Positions 54,061 to 64,000 of a stretch of 64,000 nucleotides of DNA are shown here, piece after piece. The first letter of the stretch is position 1; every line of letters begins with the position of its first letter. The notes under the pieces were generated by a model that saw only the letters and a program-made list of their open reading frames with translations, made no database searches and had not been told where the DNA came from. Source of the stretch: an uncultured candidatus Porisulfidus sp. (lineage in GTDB: Bacteria > Pseudomonadota > Gammaproteobacteria > Poriferisulfidales > Poriferisulfidaceae); contig OZ220480.1 in the NCBI GenBank assembly GCA_965116025.1, positions 128,001 through 192,000 of the forward strand. The letters are read 5' to 3'. The translations under genes and the position numbers were made by a program.

Positions 54061-54906
54061 ATGGGTGCGGAAGCCTCGCTCATGCCCGCCTCGTCCTCGC
54101 CTCCCGAGTTCGCTCCCCTGCCCGCGACCGAGCGCTGGGTCCTGATCGGCGCGGTCTCCGCCGTGGCCGCCAGCGGATGGGCCTGGATGCTGCATATGGA
54201 CTGGGCCATGCGCGACATGATGCGAGGCGGGCCCTCCACCGCCTGGATGCCGCCGCCCGCCGGATTCGGCGGCTGGACAGGATACGATTTCTGGATGCTG
54301 TTCGTCATGTGGTCAATCATGATGGTCGCGATGATGACGCCCAGCGCCGTCCCCATGCTCCGAATGTATCGGGTCGTGCAGCGCAACCGAAGCCGGTGGA
54401 CTCTGGAGACGGTCCCTTGGGCCATCTTTCTGCTTGGCTATCTCGCGTCTTGGGTTCTGTACTCCGTCGCCATTTCGGCGATCCAATGGCCGATGCACGA
54501 ATGGGGGCTTCTCGACCCCATGATGAATAGCCGGAGTCATCTATTCAGCGGCGCTCTGCTGATCGTGGCGGGACTGTATCAATGGACTCCGTGGAAAGAC
54601 GCTTGCCTGACCCAGTGTCGGACTCCGATGCAGTTCCTGCTCGCCCGCTGGAAGGACGGAAAATCCGGCGCCTTGCGCATGTCTTTCGAGCACGGCCTTT
54701 ACTGCATCGGGTGCTGCTGGGCGCTCATGCTGGTCCTGTTCGCCGTCGGCGCGATGAACATGCTGTGGGTCGCCGCCATCATGCTGTTCGTGATCGTCGA
54801 GAAGGCCCTGCCGAGCCCGGCGCGCCTGTTCCGCGCGGTCACCGGGTTGCTGTTGTCTGGCTCGGGCATCTGGATGGCGCTTTCTTATTTTCAAGGCGCC
54901 GCGTGA
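54061..54906 (+). CDS. DUF2182-family predicted metal-binding integral membrane protein
   Basis: [41 protein letters not shown]. Confidence 0.85.
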   Translation: MGAEASLMPASSSPPEFAPLPATERWVLIGAVSAVAASGWAWMLHMDWAMRDMMRGGPSTAWMPPPAGFGGWTGYDFWMLFVMWSIMMVAMMTPSAVPMLRMYRVVQRNRSRWTLETVPWAIFLLGYLASWVLYSVAISAIQWPMHEWGLLDPMMNSRSHLFSGALLIVAGLYQWTPWKDACLTQCRTPMQFLLARWKDGKSGALRMSFEHGLYCIGCCWALMLVLFAVGAMNMLWVAAIMLFVIVEKALPSPARLFRAVTGLLLSGSGIWMALSYFQGAA

Positions 54907-55493
54907 GTTCCGAAGCCGAATCCCGGGTTCAGCGACTGTTCGAGGAGAGCGTCGCGACCCACCAGGCGTCCCAAGACCGCCTCGTCGAACCCATCGCCCG
55001 AGCCGGAGCGACGCTGGCGCGAGCTCTGTCGGAGGGCCGGCGAGCGCTGAGTTGCGGAAACGGCGGCTCGGCGGCGGACGCGCAGCATTTCGCCGCCGAA
55101 CTGATCGGTCGTTTCGAGAAAGAGCGGGCGGCCCTGCCCGCCATCGCCCTTTCCACCGACACCTCAGCGCTGACCGCCATCGGGAACGACTATGGATTCG
55201 AGCGGGTGTTCAGTCGCCAAATAGAGGGACTCGGACGGGAAGGAGACGTATTGATCGCGATCAGCACCAGCGGCAACTCCCCCAACATCGCGCGCGCCGT
55301 CGCGGCGGCGCGCGCCAGAAACATGCGGGTGATCGCCCTGACTGGACGCGACGGAGGCGCCCTGCGCGACCAATTGGGCGAGCTGGACATCGAGTTGCGG
55401 GTCCCGTCCGATTCCACGGCCCGGATTCAGGAAGTCCACATCTTGATCCTGCATTGCCTGTGCGACCTGACCGACCGCCTCGCGCATGGGTGA
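54903..55493 (+). CDS. gmhA: Phosphoheptose isomerase
   Basis: [32 protein letters not shown]. Confidence 0.93.
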   Translation: MSSEAESRVQRLFEESVATHQASQDRLVEPIARAGATLARALSEGRRALSCGNGGSAADAQHFAAELIGRFEKERAALPAIALSTDTSALTAIGNDYGFERVFSRQIEGLGREGDVLIAISTSGNSPNIARAVAAARARNMRVIALTGRDGGALRDQLGELDIELRVPSDSTARIQEVHILILHCLCDLTDRLAHG

Positions 55494-56895
55494 GCCAGCC
55501 TGGCTGGCCGCGCTGCGCGATCTGGTTGACCCCGAGGATATTCTCGACGACCCGGCCGACTGCTGGGTATACGGCTATGACAATAGCCGGAGGCATCGCG
55601 CCCCGCAGGCGGTGGTGTTCGCCCGGGACGCGCGGCAGATCCAGGATTTGATCCGGTTCTGCCGCGCGCGGCGCGTCGCCCTGACCCCGCGGGGGCTCGG
55701 CACCAGCACCACCGGCGCCGCCGTGCCCGCGCGGAAAGGCATCGTCCTCTCCACCGAGCGCATGAATCGTCTCTTAGACATCGACCAGCGCGAGCAAACC
55801 GCTCGAGTCGAGCCAGGTCTGATCAACCAGAGTCTCCAAGACGCGGCGGGCGAGCGCCAGCTGTTTTGGGCCCCGGATCCCTCCAGCTCTCCGTTCTGCA
55901 CGATTGGCGGCAACCTGGCCTGCAACGCGGCCGGGCCGCGCGCGCTCAAGTACGGCACCACCCGAGACAACACGCTTCAGGTCCGCGCCATCACCGGCGC
56001 CGGAGAAGTCTTGCGCGCTGGCACCCTGACCCGAAAAGGCGTGGTCGGCCTCGATCTGACGCGCCTGCTGATCGGCTCGGAGGGAACGCTCGCGGTCTTC
56101 ACCGAGGCGACTCTGCTATTGCGTCCGCTTCCGCGCGCGCGGGCCACCGCCCGAGCCGTCTACGCCGACCCTCACCACGCGATGGAGGTCATCGAGGCGC
56201 TCCTCGCCCAGCCCCATTCGCCGAGCGCGCTGGAATTCATGGACGCCGCCTGTCTCGACCTGATCCGCGAGGACGGGAAAATCGATCTTCCGAAGTCCGC
56301 TCGCGCTCTTCTGCTGATCGACATGGACGGGGACTCCGAGGAATTGCCACGGACCTCCGCTCCAGTCGCCCGAGCGGCGTCCAACGGGCCCTGCCTGGAC
56401 TTCCAAATCGCGTTCAAGCAAGATGAGAGAGAGGAGCTATGGCAGGCCCGGCGCGCGCTTTCGCCAGCGTTGCGCCGGATCGCCCCGGAGAAAATCAACG
56501 AGGACATCGTGGTTCCGGTTACCCGGCTAGCGGAATTGCTGCGCGAGCTGGACCATCTGCGCGCGCGGCACGCCGTGCCCATCGTCTGCTTCGGCCACGC
56601 CGGATCCGGAAACATCCATGTCAACCTTATGCCAGACGGCTCGGAAGCGCAACGCGAGGCCGCCCGGGCCTGCCTCGACGAGGTGTTCGGCGCGGTTCTT
56701 CGCCTCGGCGGCACCCTGTCCGGCGAGCATGGGGTCGGCATGGCCAAGCGGAAACATATCGCCCGCGAGCTGGATCCGGCGTCGCTGCGGATGATGCGCG
56801 CGATCAAGAAAGCCTTCGATCCAGACGGCATCCTCAACCCCGGGAAGAACCTTCCAGACCCGGAACCGGACGCCAGCGCGTCTCGCGAAGAGTAG
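55486..56895 (+). CDS. FAD-linked oxidase (GlcD/D-2-hydroxyacid dehydrogenase family)
   Basis: PDPSS...[46 protein letters not shown]. Confidence 0.9.
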   Translation: MGEPAWLAALRDLVDPEDILDDPADCWVYGYDNSRRHRAPQAVVFARDARQIQDLIRFCRARRVALTPRGLGTSTTGAAVPARKGIVLSTERMNRLLDIDQREQTARVEPGLINQSLQDAAGERQLFWAPDPSSSPFCTIGGNLACNAAGPRALKYGTTRDNTLQVRAITGAGEVLRAGTLTRKGVVGLDLTRLLIGSEGTLAVFTEATLLLRPLPRARATARAVYADPHHAMEVIEALLAQPHSPSALEFMDAACLDLIREDGKIDLPKSARALLLIDMDGDSEELPRTSAPVARAASNGPCLDFQIAFKQDEREELWQARRALSPALRRIAPEKINEDIVVPVTRLAELLRELDHLRARHAVPIVCFGHAGSGNIHVNLMPDGSEAQREAARACLDEVFGAVLRLGGTLSGEHGVGMAKRKHIARELDPASLRMMRAIKKAFDPDGILNPGKNLPDPEPDASASREE

Positions 56896-56904
56896 GCTCC
56901 GCCT

Positions 56905-57405
56905 TCAGGCGCTCGCTTCAGAAAGCGATCTTTGGTACGGCTCCGCGTCCCGCGCGGAGAAGCAGCAGCATAGCAAACGTTCGAAGTCGGCCTCGTGCTG
57001 GCGCAAGGATTCCAGCGCGACTCGCGCCGCCTCGATCTTGGGGTAGCCATACGCTCCCGTGCTGATCGCCGGAAACGCCAGCGACCGGATCCCTTCCCGC
57101 TTGGCCAGCCAGCAGCAATCGCGGTAGCAGGACGCGAGCGCTTCCCGCTCGCTTTCCTCTCCACCCCTCCAGATCGGGCCGACCGTCAGCAACACATGGC
57201 GCGCCTTGAGGCGGAAGCCTGGAGCGATCTTCGCCGCGCCGGTCTCGCACCCTCCCAAGCCAGCCGCGTACTGGGCCAGTTCGGGGCCGGCCGCGCGATG
57301 AATGGCTCCGTCCACGCCCCCGCCCGGCATCAGGCTGGCGTTGGCGGCGTTGACGATCGCGTCGACATCCAGCCGGGTGATGTCCCCCACGACGACCTCG
57401 ATCAC
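56905..57405 (-). CDS. Macro domain O-acetyl-ADP-ribose deacetylase (YmdB-like)
   Basis: GDIT..DVDAIVNAAN, GGGVDGAIHRAAG, AFPAISTGAYGYP. Confidence 0.93.
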   Translation of the reverse strand: MIEVVVGDITRLDVDAIVNAANASLMPGGGVDGAIHRAAGPELAQYAAGLGGCETGAAKIAPGFRLKARHVLLTVGPIWRGGEESEREALASCYRDCCWLAKREGIRSLAFPAISTGAYGYPKIEAARVALESLRQHEADFERLLCCCFSARDAEPYQRSLSEASA

Positions 57406-57424
57406 GTCCGGTTCCGCCGCGGCC

Positions 57425-57805
57425 TCACTTGACGACCCTCAGATGAGCCCGCCCCTTTTCCGGCTGCGGGTCTTTTTCCTGGGGATCCGAAGGATCCTCG
57501 TCGCCTCCCCAAGGGAAAATCAGCCCCTCGTCGTTCTCCCGGCAATAGACGCGGACCACGTCCCGCGGGTCCAGAATCACATGTCTGGAGGCCCCTTGGA
57601 AGCGCGCGCGGAAGCGGATTCCCTCATCGTCGATCATGAGATCGCGCACCGCCTGGGGCGAGACGTTGTAGACGGTGAACTCCTCCTCCAGCGCGGCCTC
57701 GGCGTCCGCTCCCCCGCCGCCGCGAACCGCGATCATCGGGGTCATGTCGTTATCGACCACCCACTCGTAGATGGCGCGAATCAGATAGGGACGATTGGAA
57801 GTCAC
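57425..57805 (-). CDS. sspB: ClpXP adaptor SspB
   Basis: MTSNRPYLIRAIYEW, C-terminal HLRVVK. Confidence 0.92.
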   Translation of the reverse strand: MTSNRPYLIRAIYEWVVDNDMTPMIAVRGGGGADAEAALEEEFTVYNVSPQAVRDLMIDDEGIRFRARFQGASRHVILDPRDVVRVYCRENDEGLIFPWGGDEDPSDPQEKDPQPEKGRAHLRVVK

Positions 57806-57832
57806 CGCCAGCTCGGCGCGGGGATCAGCCTG

Positions 57833-58435
57833 TCACAGATTAAGATCCCGCTCGGCCTCGGTGAGGGTGTAGTGGAAGCAATCCATTCCATAGAGGGTCT
57901 CCTCATACGCCCTCAGCGCGCTAGGGACGCGCTTCGAATTTATTTTGTACGCCTTCCGGCGCCACAGGATCGGCGCCAGAGAGGCGTCCAGGACGGTGAA
58001 GTTGTCGCCCATGAAAAATTTCTTTTCCCGTTGCTTCAGCTCCGTGTTCACCAAGGCTAGGAAATCCCGCATGGTCTCCCGGGCGACGGCGGACTTTTTC
58101 GCGCCGGTCGAGCGCAGGCTATCCAGCTGGGCATACAGGCGCCGCTCGATCTCGAGCATCCAGACCCGGGCCCGCGCCTTGTTGACCGGGTCGACCGGCA
58201 TCAGGGGCGGATGCGGGAAGCGGTCGTCCAAGTACTCCATGATGATCCGGGGCTCGAACAGCGTCAGCCCCCGATCGAAGAACGTCGGCGTGGTGCTTTC
58301 GGGGTTGATCGTCGCCAGATCCTCGCGCGCCTGCGGATCGTCCGTATAGGCCACGCTGGCCTGCGCCTCCTTCTCGTACAGAACCATGCGGACCCGCTGG
58401 CATTGCGGGCATTGGGGAGAAGAGAACAGTATCAT
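57833..58435 (-). CDS. sspA: Stringent starvation protein A (GST fold)
   Basis: IIMEYLDDRFPHPPLMPVDPV; between petC and sspB. Confidence 0.9.
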   Translation of the reverse strand: MILFSSPQCPQCQRVRMVLYEKEAQASVAYTDDPQAREDLATINPESTTPTFFDRGLTLFEPRIIMEYLDDRFPHPPLMPVDPVNKARARVWMLEIERRLYAQLDSLRSTGAKKSAVARETMRDFLALVNTELKQREKKFFMGDNFTVLDASLAPILWRRKAYKINSKRVPSALRAYEETLYGMDCFHYTLTEAERDLNL

Positions 58436-58445
58436 CGGGGAGCCT

Positions 58446-59189
58446 CTAGTGAACGTCTCGCCAATACTCGCGCTTGAGGAAATAAGCGAATCCGCCCAGC
58501 GTCAGCAGGAACAGCAGCACCCATGTTCCCACGCTCTCGCGCGTCAGGCGCGCGGGCTCCGAGGCATAAGTCAGAAACGACGTGATATCGACGACCATCC
58601 GCCGGTACTCCTCGGGGGGTTTCCGCCCCGGGGTCTCCAGCGTGAGGGACGAGATGACCTTCTTGACCTCGCCTTCGCGCTCGACTTCCTTCCACTCCGC
58701 CCGTTGCAGGCCCTGCTCGCGCCACAGCGCGTGCGGCATCGTCGTGTATGGGAAGCGCCAGTTGTTGACGCCCCACGGACGGTCCTCGTCGGCATAGAAC
58801 GTCATCAGGTACTGGTAGATGTACGTGGAACCCTTCTGCCGCGCGATCATGCTCAGGTCCGGCGGGACCGCTCCGAACCACCTCTCGGCCTCCTCGGGGG
58901 TCATGGCGATTTCCATTCGCTCGCTGACGCGCTGCCCGGTGAAGATCAGGTTGTCCTCCACCATGCTCATGTCCAGGCCCAGATCCTCGCCAACCCGGCT
59001 GTAGCGGCTGTATTTCAATGAATGGCAACCCAGGCAGTAGTTCATGAAGTATTTGGCGCCGCGCTGGAGGGACGCTCGATTCTTGAGATCGACCACGACC
59101 TGATATCCCGGCAACTCCGCTCCGCCAGCGGCGAGCGCGTACCCGGCCGAGCCGAGGAGCAGAGCGGCCAGGAAGAGCGCGCGCCTCAT
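58446..59189 (-). CDS. petC: Cytochrome c1
   Basis: SLQRGAKYFMNYCLGCH, PPDLS, YFLKREYWRDVH. Confidence 0.95.
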   Translation of the reverse strand: MRRALFLAALLLGSAGYALAAGGAELPGYQVVVDLKNRASLQRGAKYFMNYCLGCHSLKYSRYSRVGEDLGLDMSMVEDNLIFTGQRVSERMEIAMTPEEAERWFGAVPPDLSMIARQKGSTYIYQYLMTFYADEDRPWGVNNWRFPYTTMPHALWREQGLQRAEWKEVEREGEVKKVISSLTLETPGRKPPEEYRRMVVDITSFLTYASEPARLTRESVGTWVLLFLLTLGGFAYFLKREYWRDVH

Positions 59190-60577
59190 CCGGTCACCCG
59201 ATCCGGCACCGGCAAGTCCCGGCCCAACCTCTCGACCCCGCTACCGAGGACCATGATGGCCACGAACGAGGCTGGCATCAGCCACCCCAGAAAGACCAGC
59301 GTCTCGTGGCCAGGCTCCATCCTGACGACATCGTAAAGGCTGATCAGGCCCAGAACCGCCACGAGCGTCAGCAAACGCTCGGAGCCGCCGCGCGGGCGGC
59401 TGAAGAACCACAACGCGATGAAAAACAGGAAATACCATTGGCCGAAGCGCAACGCGAGCTCGCTGTACAGCGGGGTTGGCGGGTTGAATCCGAGATAGCC
59501 CAGCGCCGCGAAGGTGACCACGAACAGGAGCAGGTTGAGCTTGAACAGCGGGCTGCGGTAGCGCACGGACCGCACGGGATTGCGGTCGATCCACGGCAGG
59601 AAGAACAGGACCAGAATAGAGAGCAGCATGGCCAGCGCGCCGAATTGCGGGTCCGGGATCGCCCGGAGTATCGAGTAGAACGGCGTGAAATACCAGACCG
59701 GAACGATATGCTCCGGGGTCAGCAAGGGATTCGCGGGCGTGAAGTTGTCCGGCTCCAGGAAGTAGCCCCCCATTTCAGGGGCGAAGAACACCACCAGCGC
59801 GAACAGAAACAAGAACGCGACCGCTCCCCAAATATCCTTGACGGTGTAGTACGGATGGAACGGAATGCCGTCGACCGGCTTGCCGTCGGCGTCCTTGTGA
59901 TCCTTGATGTCGATGCCGTCCGGGTTGTTGGAGCCGACCTCATGCAGGGCCATGACATGCAGGGCCACCAGCGCCAAGATCGCCAGCGGGATGGCCGCTA
60001 CGTGAAGCGCGAAGAAGCGGGTCAGAGTGGCGTCGGACACGGCGAAGTCCCCGCGTAGCCAGATCGCGATGTCCGGCCCTACCCAGGGAATGGTGCTGAA
60101 GAGGTTGACGATGACCTGCGCCCCCCAGTACGACATGTTCCCCCAAGGGAGCAGATAGCCCATGAAAGCCTCCGCCATCAACGCCATGTACAGAAACATG
60201 CCGAGCAGCCAGAGCAGCTCGCGCGGCGCCTTGAAGGAGCCATACATGATTCCTCGGAACATGTGCAGGTACACCACGATGAAGAAGAACGACGCGCCCG
60301 TGGAGTGCATGTACTGAATCAGCCAGCCGAGGGGAACGTCGCGGCGAATGTACTCCAAAGAGGCGAACGCGAGTTCCGCGTCCGGCTTGTAGTGCATGGT
60401 CAGAAAGATGCCGGTGACGATCTGGATGACCAGCACCAGCAACGCCAGAGAGCCGAAGAAGTACCAAAAATTAAAGTTCTTCGGAGCGTAGTAGCGCGCC
60501 AGATGCTCGTTCCAAAGCCGCGTCAGCGGGAATCGGGCGTCAATCCAGCCCACCAGCCCCGCGAGACGAGCTTTCAT
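59186..60577 (-). CDS. petB: Cytochrome b
   Basis: YYAPKNFNFWYFFGSL, HSTGAS, PWGNMSYWGA, PVWY. Confidence 0.96.
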   Translation of the reverse strand: MKARLAGLVGWIDARFPLTRLWNEHLARYYAPKNFNFWYFFGSLALLVLVIQIVTGIFLTMHYKPDAELAFASLEYIRRDVPLGWLIQYMHSTGASFFFIVVYLHMFRGIMYGSFKAPRELLWLLGMFLYMALMAEAFMGYLLPWGNMSYWGAQVIVNLFSTIPWVGPDIAIWLRGDFAVSDATLTRFFALHVAAIPLAILALVALHVMALHEVGSNNPDGIDIKDHKDADGKPVDGIPFHPYYTVKDIWGAVAFLFLFALVVFFAPEMGGYFLEPDNFTPANPLLTPEHIVPVWYFTPFYSILRAIPDPQFGALAMLLSILVLFFLPWIDRNPVRSVRYRSPLFKLNLLLFVVTFAALGYLGFNPPTPLYSELALRFGQWYFLFFIALWFFSRPRGGSERLLTLVAVLGLISLYDVVRMEPGHETLVFLGWLMPASFVAIMVLGSGVERLGRDLPVPDRVTG

Positions 60578-61173
60578 GCCGGCGCGTCCTCTGGCGTCTC
60601 CCCGATCATGATCCGCGTGTCGCTGACGAAACGGTACGGAGGCACCGGCAGGTTGGCGTTGGCTGGCACGTTGTCATAGACGCGTCCCGCCAGATCGAAC
60701 CGGGAGCCGTGGCAGGCGCAGAAAAACCCGCCCGGCCATTCGGCGCCAAGGTCTTCCGGCGCGGCGTCGGGCCGATAGGTCGGGTTGCACCCTAGGTGGG
60801 TGCACACGCCCACCAGCACCAGAAACTCCGGATTCAGCGAGCGGTGAACGTTTCGCGCGAACTCCGGCTGCTGACTCTGGTCGGAGCGCGGGTCCCGAAG
60901 GTAGTCGGCCTCGGCCTCCAGCGTCGCCACCATTTCCGGCGTGCGGCGGATGACCCAGATCGGCTGTTTGCGCCAGATCAGGTCCAGCTTCTGGCCCCAG
61001 TCCATCTGTCCGACATCCACCTCGATCGGCGCGCCCGCGGTGCGCGCGCGCGCGCTGGGCGACATGGACGCGACGAACGGCCACGCTGCCACCACCGCGC
61101 CAGCCCCCCCCACCAGGGCCGTGCTGCCAGTCAAAAACCTGCGGCGGCCCACATCGACTGCGTCATCTGACAT
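60574..61173 (-). CDS. petA: Ubiquinol-cytochrome c reductase Rieske Fe-S subunit
   Basis: Tat RRRFL, CTHLGC, CACHGS. Confidence 0.96.
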   Translation of the reverse strand: MSDDAVDVGRRRFLTGSTALVGGAGAVVAAWPFVASMSPSARARTAGAPIEVDVGQMDWGQKLDLIWRKQPIWVIRRTPEMVATLEAEADYLRDPRSDQSQQPEFARNVHRSLNPEFLVLVGVCTHLGCNPTYRPDAAPEDLGAEWPGGFFCACHGSRFDLAGRVYDNVPANANLPVPPYRFVSDTRIMIGETPEDAPA

Positions 61174-61306
61174 GCGTCGGAAATCTCCAAGCGAACAAAA
61201 AACGCGGCGCCCATCCTTTTCGCGCGGCCACCGCGTTCACTCCGTATGCGGGGAAAAATTTTAACACACGCGTCCGGGCGCGCCGTTCCGGCGGCGCGCC
61301 TCGACC

Positions 61307-62068
61307 TCAGGCTGGATTCGGGATATCGACGAACTGGTGCCGAAGCCCGAACTTCTCCTCCAGGCGCCTGCCCAAAGCCCGCACCCCGTAACGCTCGGTC
61401 GCATGGTGGCCGCACGCGAAATAGTGGATCCCGCACTCCCGCGCCACATGCGCGGTCTGCTCAGAGATCTCCCCGCTGAGGAAGGCGTCCAGATCCAACC
61501 GCGCCGCCCGCTCGATGAGGCTCTGGCCCGCGCCCGTGCACCACCCGACCGTGGTGATCGGGTCTTCCGTCTCGGGTCCAGCCCAAGTCACGGGGCGCCC
61601 CAGCCGAGTCTCTAGGAACGTCGAGAGCTCGCTCGCCGGGCGCGGCTCTCGCAGGCGCCCGATTCTTCCGGCTTCCGGGAGATCCCGCCGAAGCCTACCG
61701 GTGACCTCCAGTCCCAAGACTTCCGCCAATTGAACGTTGTTCCCGAGCTCCTCGTGCGCGTCCAGCGGCAGATGATAGGCGAACAGGTTGATATCCGCGG
61801 CTAGCAACGCGCGAAGCCGCCGCGCCTTCATGCCCGTGACCGTCATGTCCTCGCCCCGCCAGAAATATCCGTGATGCGCGAGCAGCGCGTCCGCGCTCCG
61901 CTCGCGGGCCACATCGATCAATCGCTGGCTCGCGGTCACTCCCGAAATCAGGAACCCGATCCGCTCGCGCCCCTCGACCTGAAGCCCATTGGGGCAGTAG
62001 TCCGAGAAGGTCGAGGGCCGGAGCAACTCGTCCAGATAGGCGGAAAGCTCCGCGCGCCCGACCATCAC
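61307..62068 (-). CDS. Nif3-like dinuclear metal centre protein (YbgI)
   Basis: DYCPNGLQVEG, HHGYFW, YHLPLDAH, GHHATERYG. Confidence 0.92.
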   Translation of the reverse strand: MMVGRAELSAYLDELLRPSTFSDYCPNGLQVEGRERIGFLISGVTASQRLIDVARERSADALLAHHGYFWRGEDMTVTGMKARRLRALLAADINLFAYHLPLDAHEELGNNVQLAEVLGLEVTGRLRRDLPEAGRIGRLREPRPASELSTFLETRLGRPVTWAGPETEDPITTVGWCTGAGQSLIERAARLDLDAFLSGEISEQTAHVARECGIHYFACGHHATERYGVRALGRRLEEKFGLRHQFVDIPNPA

Positions 62069-63378
62069 TTCGCGCCGCCGCGCCAGCGCGCCGAGGCGGC
62101 GTGGGCGGCCAGGCCCTCAGTGCGGGCGAGACGCTCGGCCAGCGCCGAGAGTTCCGCCGCGCCAGAACGCGACATGCGAATCGTGCTGCTGCGTTTCTGG
62201 AAATCGTGGACCCCCAGCGGCGAGGCGTAGCGGGACGCCCGCATCGTCGGCAGCACGTGGTTGGGTCCAGCGCAATAGTCGCCCATCACCTCCGGGCTGT
62301 CCGCGCCTAGAAAAATCGCGCCAGCATGGCGGATCTGGTCAAGAACCGCGTCCGGCTCCGCCAGCGCAAGTTGCAGGTGTTCCGGGGCCAGCCGATTAGC
62401 CAAATCCACCGCCTCGCTCAGGTCCTTGGTCCGCACCAACGCGCCGTGACTCGCTAGCGCGGCGCGGATGATCTCCGCGCGCGGCATCTCGTCCAGCTGC
62501 CCGGCGAGCGCCTCCGCCACAGCGGAAAGGTGGTTCTGGTCCGGACTCAGGAGGATCGCCTGCGCTTGCTCGTCGTGCTCCGCCTGCGCCATCAGATCGG
62601 TCGCCAGCCATCGCGGGTCCGCGCTTCCGTCACTCACGATCACGACCTCCGAAGGACCCGCCACCATATCGACCCCGACCCGGCCGAACACCTGCCGCTT
62701 AGCTTCAGCCACCCACGCGTTGCCTGGACCGACGATCTTGTCGACCGCCGGGACGGTTTCCGTCCCTAGCGCCAGCGCCGCGATGGCCTGGGCGCCGCCC
62801 AGCGCCCAGCCGCGATCAACCCCGGCCACATGGGCCGCCGCCAGCACGACTGAATTCGCCCGTCCTTCAGGGGTTGGGCTGACCATCAGGATCTCTTCCA
62901 CGCCAGCGACCCGCGCCGGGATCGCGTTCATCAGCACCGAGGACGGATACGCCGCGGTCCCTCCAGGAACGTAGACGCCCACCCGCCGCAAAGCGCCGAT
63001 TCGCTGGCCAAACCGCGAGCCATGGTCATCCTCGAACTCGAACGGCTCCAGTTTTTGCCGGCGCGCGTACTCCCGAATCCGGCTGGCCGCCGTTCGCAGA
63101 GAATCGCGCAACGGCGTTTCCAGAGCCTCGAACGCGGCTTGGAAATCCGGCGCTCCCCAAGACAGGGCCGCGACCGAATCGGGCGCATGGCCATCGAATC
63201 GCCTCGTGCGATCAAGCAAGGCGCGGTCGCCGCGCGCGCGGACTTCCTCAATGATGGCCGCGACCGTCGAAACCTGTTCTGGACGGGCGTCCAGCGACCG
63301 AGCGTCGATCAGCGCCTGAAACTCCTCCTCGAATTCCGGCGTTCCGGTCGACAAAACGCGCGGAAGAGAAGGGCTCAT
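62065..63378 (-). CDS. hisD: Histidinol dehydrogenase
   Basis: YVPGG.AAYPSSVLM, DMVAGPSE, QAEHD, APEHL, GDYCAGPNHVLPT; start MSPSL overlaps the upstream stop. Confidence 0.96.
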   Translation of the reverse strand: MSPSLPRVLSTGTPEFEEEFQALIDARSLDARPEQVSTVAAIIEEVRARGDRALLDRTRRFDGHAPDSVAALSWGAPDFQAAFEALETPLRDSLRTAASRIREYARRQKLEPFEFEDDHGSRFGQRIGALRRVGVYVPGGTAAYPSSVLMNAIPARVAGVEEILMVSPTPEGRANSVVLAAAHVAGVDRGWALGGAQAIAALALGTETVPAVDKIVGPGNAWVAEAKRQVFGRVGVDMVAGPSEVVIVSDGSADPRWLATDLMAQAEHDEQAQAILLSPDQNHLSAVAEALAGQLDEMPRAEIIRAALASHGALVRTKDLSEAVDLANRLAPEHLQLALAEPDAVLDQIRHAGAIFLGADSPEVMGDYCAGPNHVLPTMRASRYASPLGVHDFQKRSSTIRMSRSGAAELSALAERLARTEGLAAHAASARWRGGAK

Positions 63379-64000
63379 GCGGTCTGGCGGGCGCGGCGGC
63401 GCGCCCGGACCGCCTCGGCGAGGCCCTCGAGCAACCGCTCCGTATCCTCGAAACCCAGGCACGCGTCGGTGACGCTTTGCCCATACCGCAAAGATTCTCC
63501 AGGAACCAGCTTCTGGTTGCCCCCGACCAGATGGCTCTCCACCATGACCCCGACGACGCGCCGGTCTCCCGCGCCAATCTGCTCGCCGACGCGGCTGGCC
63601 ACCTGGAGCTGCCGCTCGGGCATCTTCTGGCTGTTCGCGTGACTGCAATCGATCATGACGCGGACCGGCAGTCCGGCGCGCTCCAGACGGGCGCACGCCT
63701 CCTCGACCGCGTTCGCCTCGAAATTCGGTCGCTTCCCGCCGCGCATGATGACATGCGTGTCCTTGTTGCCCGTCGTATGGAAAATCGCGCTTCGCCCCTC
63801 CTTGGTGAGTGACAGGAAGCGGTGCGGCTGAATAGCCGAGCGCAGGGCGTCCACCGCCACCTGGACGTCGCCGCTGGTGCCGTTCTTGAAGCCGACCGGG
63901 CAAGACAGACCGGAGGCGAGCTCCCGGTGACACTGGCTCTCGGCGGTGCGCGCGCCGATCGCCCCCCAACTGACGCTGTCGGCGACGTATTGCGGCGTGA
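63375..64000 (-). CDS. DAHP synthase class I (AroG/F/H type), 5' part outside window
   Basis: WGAIGARTAESQ.HRELASGLSCPVGFKNGT, MIDCSHANS, YGQSVTDAC. Confidence 0.93.
   Translation of the reverse strand, partial: TPQYVADSVSWGAIGARTAESQCHRELASGLSCPVGFKNGTSGDVQVAVDALRSAIQPHRFLSLTKEGRSAIFHTTGNKDTHVIMRGGKRPNFEANAVEEACARLERAGLPVRVMIDCSHANSQKMPERQLQVASRVGEQIGAGDRRVVGVMVESHLVGGNQKLVPGESLRYGQSVTDACLGFEDTERLLEGLAEAVRARRRARQTA

Overview
High-GC proteobacterial chromosome segment; the gene set and order (recA-recX-alaS-lysC-csrA-tRNA-Ser, petABC-sspAB, tldD-pmbA, hda, purMN) point to a gammaproteobacterium, and the Fn3/Calx-beta giant protein plus decayed defence genes suggest, by inference, an animal (e.g. 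sponge) symbiont. Bases 1-9547 hold a >3,180-aa secreted Fn3/Calx-beta repeat protein on the minus strand, absent from the ORF track because it runs off the window, with a C29 tract in its leader. Next come a decayed AbiE-type toxin-antitoxin pair, ygfZ, lysS, prfB (programmed frameshift), proA, holA and a DNA methyltransferase-HNH fusion. At about 19.5-30.3 kb a defence hotspot abuts tRNA-Ser(GCT): a truncated hypothetical gene, a dead IS30 element, a Type III R-M remnant and a lower-GC, translationally coupled three-gene operon. That operon (type IIG/Eco57I-like adenine MTase split by a G16 tract, a 90-aa unknown ORF and a PLD-SNF2 helicase) is the strongest candidate for an undescribed phase-variable defence system. 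The remaining ~34 kb is mostly housekeeping, with an IS1634 remnant, an orphan NorD/CbbO-type VWA gene and a divergent DUF1326/DUF2182-like pair. Family assignments come from motif recognition, not database searches.
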